Shown here: positions 1 to 7,689 of the stretch, in pieces
Layout of the letters: each line of letters opens with the position of its first letter
How positions within the stretch are numbered: the stretch's first letter is position 1
DNA from: Octopus sinensis
Taxonomy: Eukaryota
Assembly (NCBI RefSeq): GCF_006345805.1
Contig: NW_021827101.1
Coordinates: 1-11,045 of the forward strand
Direction of reading: 5' to 3'
DNA: 11,045 bases
Notes under the pieces: generated by a model
Databases searched by the model: none
What the model saw: the letters and a program-made list of their open reading frames with translations, nothing else
Told to the model about the DNA's origin: nothing
Position numbers and translations under genes: made by a program

Positions 1-72
1 CTGGGAATCGAAACCGCGACCCTATGACCGCGAGTCCGCTGCCCTAACCACTGGGCCATTGCGCCTCCACAG
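1..72 (-). mobile_element. tRNA-like head of SINE family B, cut by the window edge
   Basis: Reverse complement matches 7862-7933 at 70/72 positions, including A-box TGGCCCAGTGG and B-box GGTTTCGATTCC. Confidence 0.9.
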
Positions 73-330
73 CGGCCAACCTGATGATAAGTCATGTGGT
101 TCGCTTCTCGAAAAACATAGTTGCCAATGCATAACCTTTTCAACAACTAGAAATTGTAGCCAAATTTCCCTCAAAAATTGCCCTACCAACTTAAATAAGA
201 CACACGAGACATGTGTAATAGTATTACAATGATAACTTACCTATAAGAAGATGGGAGGTCACGGTTGGAATAGAATTACCTTGGGACACACAGGAGTTAA
301 CCATAAACCACAACAACCCCCATCCTAACC

Positions 331-565
331 TCATTTCCATTTCATTTTTCTATTTCCATTTTCTCTCTTCGACCCCCACATCTCTCCCCACCTCCCCTCT
401 CCTATCCCCCTCCCCGACCCCTTTCGCCCTATCTCCCATCCTCTCTTCTTTCCTCCTCTCACCCCCTCACCTCTCTCACTTTCCCTTTCGTCCTTTCTCT
501 CTCTCTCTCTCGCTCTCCCGTTCTCTCCCCCGGTCCCGCTTTCTCTCAGATTGTTTCTATTTCCC
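331..565. repeat. Polypyrimidine / CT-rich low-complexity tract
   Basis: Almost only C and T on the + strand, with C-runs and (CT)n. Confidence 0.9.
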
Positions 566-652
566 CTCAAAACTACTCGCCTTCATTACTCTTATATAAC
601 GCATCAACAAACACATACAAAAATACGCATACATACACACTCGTGAATACAC

Positions 653-729
<77 letters not shown>

Positions 730-752
730 ATATATATTATATATATATACAT

Positions 753-800
<48 letters not shown>

Positions 801-870
801 TGTATGTATATATGTATACATACACGCACATACATACATACATACAATGCATATACATACATTCATACGC
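653..870. repeat. (TA)n microsatellite grading into (TACA)n/(TGTA)n
   Basis: Interrupted TA dinucleotides at 653-797, then TACA-type units. Confidence 0.95.
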
Positions 871-949
871 CTAATAGGCACATGACATCACGTACAAACA
901 TTAGAAAGCGTATTCACTTACATAAAATACCCACAGCCCTCACTACAGC

Positions 950-1235
950 CACACACACACAACAACACACACACACACACATACAACCAGATGTATATAT
1001 GTGTATGTATTTGTGTGTGTGCGTGTGTATATATATATACATGTGTGTGTGTTTGTGTGTATGTGATATGTGTGTATCTGTGTGTGTGTGGTGTGTGTGA
1101 TATGGTTGTGATATGCGTAACGTCTGAAACACAAGCGAAAAACCTACGCACATACAAGGACACACGGGCGCATACACATACACGGGGACAAATCACACGC
1201 ACATATACACACACATGTAAACACATGCGTACACA
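950..1235. repeat. Compound (CA)n - (TG)n - CA-rich microsatellite region
   Basis: CA run about 950-980, TG-rich about 991-1100, CA-rich about 1160-1235. Confidence 0.9.
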
Positions 1236-1299
1236 CTTGTACGTTCTCGACCATTATCAATCTTTAGCCCCCCGCCCCTACCTATTCCAGTCTCCCCCA

Positions 1300-1735
1300 C
1301 CATCACCACCTTCACAATCATACCCACCACCACCACCACTACCACCACCACCACCACCACCACCACCACAACCACCACCACCACCACCACCACCACCAAA
1401 ACCACCACCACCACCATAACCACCACTATCACCACCACCACCACCACCACCACCATCACCATCAACGCCACCACCACAACCACCACCACCACCACAACCA
1501 CCACCAAAACCACCACCACCACCATAACCACCACTATCACCAACACCACCACCACCACCACCATCACCATCAACGCCACCACCATCACTACTATTTCTAG
1601 TAGTACTCACACCATCCCCACCACGATCACCATCACTACAACCACCACGATTAGCATACCACCATTACTACCACCACCGCCACAACCATCACTGTGCTCC
1701 CTCACCCCCTTCCTGCTCCTCCTCCCCACCCCGCA
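1300..1735. repeat. (ACC)n trinucleotide array with a 108-bp higher-order duplication
   Basis: ACC/CCA runs; variant markers AAAA (1398/1506) and ATCAACGCC (1461/1569) recur at an offset of 108. Confidence 0.92.
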
Positions 1736-2047
1736 CCACATATTATCAATCACTTTATCTTGATGGTAATGATCGAACAGCCAGTATCAATGGTGCTGCT
1801 TGAGATATATTGCTAAATCTCCATAATCGATGGCCTTTCACAATGAATCGCCCCCATCCCTTTCAGCAGTGTATGCATAGGTGTGGGTGAGTGCCTTTCT
1901 GTGTGTGTAAGAGAGGGGGAGAGAAACCGGTTGAAGGTGTAGGGGGTCTCTCTGGTCCCACGGGGGTAATTTCATTAAACGAAATGAACCGGCAGATCAA
2001 AGAATAATCTTTTATTTGTATGCTGCCTCTGTTTTCTACAATATTTG

Positions 2048-2056
2048 ACTCTCTCG

Positions 2057-2110
<54 letters not shown>
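2048..2110. repeat. (CT)n microsatellite
   Basis: Near-perfect CT dinucleotide run. Confidence 0.95.
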
Positions 2111-2113
<3 letters not shown>

Positions 2114-2361
2114 ATCGCTCATCTTCCCCTCTTTCCCCTTCTTTCCTATTAGTGAGGTGACAACTCTCACTTGTAATATCTCTCTCAATGTTTTGAGGAA
2201 AGATAAAAAAAAAATGGCGTTTTTCTTTTTGGTTTTGATAACTTTTTACAGTTCGAAGTGCAATTAACAGGAAACCTGCATGGAATTAACAGCTGTTGTT
2301 ATCATTTACTTTTTGTCTTTTTTTTTTTTGTGGTTGTGTGTGTGTGTTCTTTTTACCAATT

Positions 2362-2587
2362 ATAATGGTTGTTTCAAATTTTGGCAAAGAGCCAGCAATT
2401 TTAGGGAGATGGGGGTGATTCGATTACATTGTCCAAAGTACATGACTGGTACTTTATTTTTACGGGAAGGAAGAGATGAAAGGTAAAGATGACGTTGGCG
2501 GTATTTGAACTCCAATCGTAAAGAACCTGAAGAAATGCCACCAAAAATTTTATCCGTTGCCCCCTGACGATTCTGCCAGCTCACTGC
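2362..2587 (-). mobile_element. Degenerate near-full-length SINE family A copy (short-tail type)
   Basis: Collinear with the other family-A copies: ACGATTCTGCCAGCT head, ATTTGAACTC B-box complement, GATGAAAGG, ACTGGTACTT, and a GGGG-rich short tail. Confidence 0.8.
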
Positions 2588-2593
2588 ATTATA

Positions 2594-2765
2594 GTAATCC
2601 TTTCTACTATAGGCACAAGGCCCGAAATTTTGGGGGAGGGGCGGCCAGTCTATTAGATCGACCTCAGTAAGCAACTGGTGCTTAATTTGTCGACCCCGAA
2701 AGGATGAAAGGCAAAGTCGACCTCGGCAGAATTTGAACTCAGAACGTGCAGACAGACGAAATACC
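2594..2765 (-). mobile_element. SINE family A, short-tail type, lacking the A-box head (second half of a dimer)
   Basis: Body GTCGACCCCGAAAGGATGAAAGGCAAAGTCGACC and B-box complement are present. It stops at GACGAAATACC, where the next copy's 3' end begins. Confidence 0.88.
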
Positions 2766-2995
2766 TATTTCTTTACTACCCACAAGGGGCTAAACACAGA
2801 GGGGACAAACAAGGACAGACAAACGGATTAAGTCGATTACATCGACCCCAGTGCGTAACTGGTACTTAATTTATCGACCCCGAAAGGATGAAAGGCAAAG
2901 ATGACCTCGGCGGAATTTGAACTCAGGACATAACGGTAGACGAAATACCGCTAAGCATTTCGCCCGGCGTGCTAACGATTCTGCCAGCTTGCCGG
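2759..2995 (-). mobile_element. Full-length SINE family A, long-tail type
   Basis: Reverse complement matches 10240-10470 from head (CTGGCAGAATCGTTAGCACGCCGGGCGAAATGC) to tail (GTGGGTAGTAAAGAAATAGGTATTT). Confidence 0.93.
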
Positions 2996-3022
2996 CTTCA
3001 TTGCATTATAATAATAGCGACA

Positions 3023-3164
3023 ATAATAATGGTTTAAAATTTCGCAAGAGGTCCGTAATTTTTAAGGGGGAGGGGGTTAGTTGATTACAGTGACCCCAGT
3101 AGTCAACTGCGAGCGTGAAAGGATGAAAGATAAAGTTAGCTTAGACAATATTCAAACTCAAAAA
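3023..3164 (-). mobile_element. Old, internally deleted SINE family A fragment (short-tail type)
   Basis: GGGGGAGGGGG tail, GATTACA..GACCCCAGT, GAAAGGATGAAAG and TTCAAACTCA are recognisable. Confidence 0.7.
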
Positions 3165-3212
3165 TGGCGGTGAGCTGGCAGAATCGTTAGCACACCGGGC
3201 GAAGTGCCTAGC
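3165..3212 (+). mobile_element. Isolated 5' head of SINE family A in + orientation
   Basis: 3173-3212 matches the reverse complement of 2950-2989 at 37/40. Confidence 0.85.
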
Positions 3213-3316
3213 ACAAGGCCAGCTATTTTAAGGCAGGTACAAGTCGATTACATAGATTCCGTGTTCAACTGGTACTTATTTTGTCGATCTCGAAAGGACG
3301 AAAGGATAAGTCGACC
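3211..3316 (-). mobile_element. SINE family A 3' fragment (short-tail type)
   Basis: GCACAAGGCC, AAGTCGATTACA, CAACTGGTACTTATTTTGTCGA and GAAAGGA..AAAGG..AAGTCGACC. Confidence 0.75.
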
Positions 3317-4344
3317 GCCTCATCTCTGGCTGTAAGTTTTTAGTACCTGTAGAGTACAAATCAAGACATGACAGAGTTGGCCAATATCTACACTGGATAA
3401 TGTATCGGCATTATAAAATCAAAACTGCTAACAAATGGTACAAGCACCATCCTGAGGTTGTAACTGGGGGAGAAAATGTAACGATTCTTTGAGACTTTCC
3501 AGTATGTACGGACCGGACTATCAAAACAAATAAACCAGATATTGTTGTGAAAGACAAAAGCAATGAAGTCTGTTTATTGATTGACATGAGCATAGACTGG
3601 TGACCATAATATCTCGGCAAAAGAATTTGATAAGCTCAGAAAATATAAAGATTTGCTAATTGAAATCGAAAAGGTATGGTATCTCAAGACGGTTCAAATA
3701 CCTGTTTCTTTATTACCCACAAGGGGCTAAACATAGAGCGGACAAACAAGGACAGACAAACGGATTAAGTCGATTACATCGACCCCAGTGCGTAACTGGT
3801 ACTTATTTAATCGACCCCGAAAAGATGAAAGGCAAAGTTGACCACGGCAGAATTTGAACTCAGAACGTAACGGCAGACGAAATACGGCTATGCATTTCGC
3901 CCCGCGTGCGAACGTTTCTGCCAGCTCGCCGCCTTAGACAATACCAGCGATTGTAGGAGCACTTGGAATAATTAAAGAAAGAACTGAAAATTATTGAAGA
4001 ACGGTCCCTGGCTTACCATCCATACAAGAAGTGCAAAAGATTGTCTTAACTGGTAACTGGTCACACTTATTGAGAAGAGTATTGTCGTTGTGAATTTTCT
4101 TTTCTTTTTCCCTCCTCTATTTTATTTGTTTACTTGTCTATTTTTTATTGTTTACTTTTGCTCTCTGACTTCCCCTTTTTCTCTTTCACATGGCTCTGTA
4201 AATGAACAATCTGGTGTGTTTCTTTTAATGGCCTACCGATGTATACAGTACGTTTCTCTGCTCTAGGTGTCGGGAAGACACTCGGCAAGAAATGGAAACA
4301 GAACTGAAAGAAGATGCTATTGAAAATAAAGATAATAACAGTAA
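3313..4344 (+). mobile_element. 5'-truncated, decayed non-LTR retrotransposon 3' end with zinc-knuckle remnant and restriction-like endonuclease (R4/Dong-like)
   Basis: Manual translation from 3313: DRLISGCKF..YKSRHDRVGQYLHW..HPEV..ENVTIL*DF..TDRTIKTNKPDIVVKDK..CLLIDMSI / DHNISAKEFDKLRKYKDLLIEIEKVWYLKT [SINE] TIPAIVGALG..IQEVQKIVLTG..LRRVLSL* (stop 4091-4093). In-frame stop at 3490-3492 and a frameshift near 3600. A 3' UTR with a degenerate TAA tail runs to about 4344. Clade assigned from remembered motif similarity, not a search. Confidence 0.9.
3691..3935 (-). mobile_element. Full-length long-tail SINE family A inserted into the LINE endonuclease domain
   Basis: Complete head-to-tail match to 2759-2995. 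Flanked by AGAC at 3687-3690 and 3936-3939 (candidate short TSD). Removing it restores LKTIPAIVGALG. Confidence 0.93.
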
Positions 4345-4350
4345 TTTCTT

Positions 4351-4416
4351 TTATTTGCCATAGGAACAATGGTGAAAGGACATTATCAAATGGTGAGGGT
4401 TTACGCAAAGGCGATT
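4351..4416 (-). CDS. Candidate terminal coding exon (NRLCVNPHHLIMSFHHCSYGK*)
   Basis: Long polypyrimidine tract ending TTTTCTCTTAG directly upstream on the - strand. Phase 0 matches the donor at 4720, and AATAAA overlaps the stop. No homology evidence. Confidence 0.3.
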   Translation of the reverse strand, partial: NRLCVNPHHLIMSFHHCSYGK

Positions 4417-4720
4417 CTAAGAGAAAACAAGTAACAAAATCAAAGTAAAAGAAGAAAAAATATATACAATTAGTCACGGAATAAAACATCCCCATGAGGT
4501 CCAGCCTTCTAGGGGTCAACCAATGGATTCAACTGATTATTCTGATCACTTAGGTAAGTGTCCTCCCTCTCCTAGTTGTATGTTTTTCATCCCACAAAGG
4601 CACACCTATAGTACAGCCATTCACCCAGGCTATTCTCCCCACCCTCCTTCAACTTTCTCAACCTACCTTTCCTTCTCATTTTTCTGTTTGTCTAAAGCTT
4701 AAAGTTGATGGGGGCCTTAC

Positions 4721-4889
4721 CAGCAGTCTTTTCAATCTTGATTCAAATATAGGCAAAATGCCAGAATTTGGAGAGGATGGGCAGTCAATTCCAACGATTT
4801 TCTCGCTTGATCGGTACTTTTTATCGAACCCAGCTTGATGAAACGCAATGTTGACTATCACAGGAGGCCAGACCATAAAAAAGCCGTAA
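4721..4889 (-). CDS. Candidate internal coding exon (YGFFMVWPPVIVNIAFHQAGFDKKY...RLKRLL)
   Basis: Lies in ORF 4676-4969 (-). Acceptor CTGTATTTAG at 4891-4890 and donor CTG/GTAAGG at 4720. Its phase-2 start fits the exon at 6599-6368. Non-repetitive, protein-like sequence. Confidence 0.5.
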
Positions 4890-5188
4890 CTAAATACAGC
4901 GAGACATTTCATCGGATAGTATAACGATTCTCTTAATTCACCAATGAGATTACACATAGATTTTAACACTTTACAGCATACTTACATATATACACACATC
5001 TATACATCGATCTAAAACAACAGGAATACTAAAGGAAGACCAGAATTGAAGAGAAGAGAAAACTAAAAGGTCTCATGTTATTCATTGAAAGATCTTATTT
5101 CAAATACTCTCATTTTAAAAATCATCAAATCGTTAATCGTTGAGAGGACGTTGTTGATTTGGCGGAGGTTTGCGTTCTCTGAATGCTC

Positions 5189-5220
<32 letters not shown>

Positions 5221-5244
5221 ATTATTATTATTATTATTATTATT
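5189..5244. repeat. (GTT)10(ATT)8 compound microsatellite
   Basis: GTT units at 5191-5220 and ATT units at 5221-5244. Confidence 0.95.
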
Positions 5245-5682
5245 AGGAGATATCTTCCTGGGGCTACAAACAACAGTAGCATCCACCCTTAGGGGTTAGC
5301 CATATTCAAATGGCAAATATGCGTCACGATGTGTTACCGCTACTGTTTATAACTCGCTCTGAGATTTATCATTGTTTGATTTCACTTTTTCAATATCAGT
5401 ATCAATCGACACTGGAAAAAGTATATGTATTTGTGAAGGGAGCTGACTTCTCGTCGACAACCATGATTGTCACACGCTGAAGATAGGTAAACACCTTGAA
5501 ACGCGAGTTTGTGTGTATCATGAGTTGAAGACGGAGAGGATGACTTCCCTTCACAAATACTGAGAGGACACAGATAGTGTGTCTATAGCCAGCTGGAGGA
5601 GATATCTTCTTGGGGCTACAAACTACAGTAGCATCCACCCTTAGGGGTTAGCCATATTCAAATGGCAAATATGCGTCACGAT
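5245..5682 (+). mobile_element. Hammerhead-bearing non-autonomous element (retrozyme-like or Penelope pseudo-LTR-like): 352-bp unit plus 86-bp terminal redundancy
   Basis: 5245-5330 and 5597-5682 are direct repeats (84/86 identical, offset 352). Internal hammerhead core and extensive self-complementarity; (ATT)n on both sides; no credible ORF. Confidence 0.75.
5462..5522 (+). ncRNA. Type I hammerhead ribozyme
   Basis: Core CTGAAGA 5477-5483 and GAAA 5498-5501. Stem II AGGT/ACCT with loop AAAC. Stem III AC/GT with GCGA loop. GUU cleavage triplet 5507-5509. Stem I CACACG/TGTGTG, extended by CATGAT/ATCATG. Caveat: U-U mismatch at the base of stem II. Confidence 0.8.
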
Positions 5683-6193
5683 ATTATTATTATTATTTTA
5701 CTTATAATCTGCATGTTTGTTGCAGTCACTTGCCGAGACACACCTAGTGTCCTGGGGCGAGTGAAGGACAAGAGATGTTACAGTATGACTGAAAGCTTGG
5801 GAAGGGGAAGTAGCAAAAATCTTCATTTAATACAACACAGGCATTTAAATGAATAGATTTATTCTAAGGATGTGGACAGTACTTGTCAGCACACTCTTTT
5901 GGATTTCTCTGAGACATGATTCTCCTGGGATGTTATCTAGATGTTTCTGACATCCCTTTTTTTATCATACCTAGACCACCTACAATAACAGAAAGAGTTC
6001 TCGATTTAAGATTTCTCATCTTTTGTATTTCAGTTTCCAGGTTCTTATATTTACTTGGTGTGTGAAATTCCTTTACAGATATATTTTTATCAGAGGGAAT
6101 ACTTATATTTACTAATCTACAAGTATTTTCTTCCATATCTTTAATAATTATCTCTAGTCGATTAGCCTGGATCGTTCTGTCGGTGGTGACTGG
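5683..6193 (-). mobile_element. Second 5'-truncated R4/Dong-like non-LTR fragment: endonuclease C-terminus, 3' UTR and (TAA)n tail
   Basis: ORF 5933-6226 contains PVTTDRTIQANRLEIIIKD..SIPSDKNISVKEF..KYKNLETEIQKM..VIVGGLGMIKKG, homologous to 3500-3980. After a frameshift it continues LDNIPGESCLREIQKSVLTSTVHILRINLFI* (stop 5847-5845). Catalytic PD is changed to LE. Ends in AAT repeats at 5683-5697. Confidence 0.9.
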
Positions 6194-6367
6194 ACGTGCA
6201 CGTACACAAAAAAGCTCTCTCCACAAAACAAACTCAATTCAATAATAAGCGGAGCAGTGGCGAACAAAGCTGGAATCTTATTTAATCGCAAAGGAGCAAA
6301 AAAGGGAAATTACTAAATCCGTTATTTAATCCACTAGTCACTCTATTTGTTCAATCACAAAGCTCAC

Positions 6368-6599
6368 CGATTATTAGCAATTTCACAACACAAACACGAA
6401 TCTCGAGTTGAGGCAAAGAAACGGCAAAGAAACGTGACAACTGTTGTTGCAAAGAAAGTAAAATTGATGGCTAAGATGAAAGCGTATGAAGCACTGGTCG
6501 GTGTGTGCAGAAAGATCTGCATGGCAAACATGTGGCCCTTAGCAAACAAACTCATGTTGACCAGAAACACACCCATCAGATTAGCTACGAATCTCAGGG
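6368..6599 (-). CDS. Candidate internal coding exon of a multi-pass membrane protein
   Basis: Acceptor TCTGCTTTTAG at 6601-6600 and donor CG/GTGAGC at 6367. Only one of three frames is open across the 232 nt. The peptide has two hydrophobic stretches (LRFVANLMGVFLVNMSLF; YAFILAINFTFFATTVVTFLC). Confidence 0.55.
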
Positions 6600-6732
6600 C
6601 TAAAAGCAGATGGTTGAGTTGGTTATCTCTCATTGCCTTCGACCCCCGAGGGAAGCAAATGTAAGGTCAATCTCATAAGTAATTGATCTCAGAAAGTAAG
6701 AATTATGACAGAATTAAATGCTTTAAGATGCA

Positions 6733-6772
6733 ATTTGGTTCGGGGCTATGCCATTTGGTTCGGGGCTATGCC
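6733..6772. repeat. Exact 20-bp tandem duplication
   Basis: ATTTGGTTCGGGGCTATGCC twice. Confidence 0.95.
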
Positions 6773-6892
6773 GTTTCCCTTTTTCTTCTCCACGACCGAA
6801 ATAATAAACTCGGCTTTCTGCCTCGTCAAAACCGATATCGTTGCGATTAATTGTTATTGTCGTCGCAAGTATTGAAGCGGAATGGCTTGCTA

Positions 6893-6919
6893 TTGTTGTT
6901 GCTACTACTACAACTACTA

Positions 6920-6984
<65 letters not shown>

Positions 6985-7009
6985 ACCACTACCACTACTA
7001 CCACTACCT

Positions 7010-7040
<31 letters not shown>

Positions 7041-7108
7041 AACCACCACTACTACTACTACTACTACTACAACCACCACTACCACTACTACCACTACTAC
7101 CACTACCT

Positions 7109-7147
<39 letters not shown>

Positions 7148-7538
7148 TACTACTACCACCACCACTACCACCACTACCACTACTACCACTACCTCTACTA
7201 CTACTACTACTACTACCACCACTACCACTACTACCACTACCACTACTACCACCACTACCACTACTACCACTACCTCTACTACCATTACCATTACTACCAC
7301 TACCACTACTACCACTACTACTATTACTACTAGCAACACCAACCACCACCACCACCAACAACAACACCAACACCACCACCACCACCACCACCACTACTAC
7401 TACTACAACTACTACTACTACTACAACTACTACTATTACTACTACTGCTGCTGCTGCTACCACCAACATTAGCACTCGCAGGTGGAGCAGCAACACCATC
7501 ACCACCATCAACACTACTACTACTACTACTACTACTAC
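6893..7538. repeat. Long compound (ACT)n/(ACC)n trinucleotide array
   Basis: Mixed ACT, ACC, AAC and GCT triplets; source of the poly-T/Y/L/V pseudo-ORFs. Confidence 0.95.
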
Positions 7539-7645
7539 GTTTATGACTATTAAAAATACAAGTAAATATTTACATATTTACAGGCCATCAGCTAGAAAAA
7601 AGACGCGACTATATGGTGTGGGTGTGCCTTCCTTTTATCTCTTAC

Positions 7646-7689
7646 ATAACGAAACTTGAAATGATGACGTAATGGCCACGTCTCATATA
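7646..7689 (-). CDS. Possible 44-nt exon
   Basis: CTAATATTTTCAG acceptor and AT/GTAAGA donor; two frames are open. Not phase-compatible with the 6599 exon without an intervening exon. Confidence 0.2.

Noticed and set aside
140-300. Possible old interspersed repeat fragment
   Set aside because: It resembles a repeat I vaguely recall from octopus DNA, but there is no second copy in the window to support it.
573-1610. ORFs rich in Y/I, C/V, H/T, poly-P, poly-V or poly-G
   Set aside because: These are translations of TA, CA/TG and ACC microsatellites, which lack stops in several frames.
4698-4840. Plus-strand LKVDGGLTS..., resembling the FGGY/glycerol kinase VDGG motif
   Set aside because: The similarity is only about 6 residues, the frame closes with TGA TGA, and only weak AAG acceptors are available.
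4890-4969. KCLAVFSYGFFMVWPP as a full GPCR TM6
   Set aside because: The KCLAVF part lies upstream of the best acceptor, and no good phase-compatible acceptor exists further upstream before the in-frame stop. The match may be coincidental.
5286-5300. Telomere-like TTAGGGGTTAG in the terminal repeat
   Set aside because: Only one full TTAGGG plus a partial; expected by chance and part of a small hairpin.
5245-5682. TRIM / LTR mini-retrotransposon
   Set aside because: The direct repeats lack TG...CA ends, and no primer-binding site or clear polypurine tract abuts them.
6347-6664. Plus-strand 105-aa ORF with a GTAAGG donor at 6661
   Set aside because: No convincing upstream acceptor or recognisable motif. 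The overlapping minus-strand frame has both splice sites and a compatible partner exon. Not fully excluded.
6723-7659. Long poly-Thr / mucin-like ORFs (up to 272 aa)
   Set aside because: Produced by the ACT/ACC triplet array; open on both strands with no unique domain.
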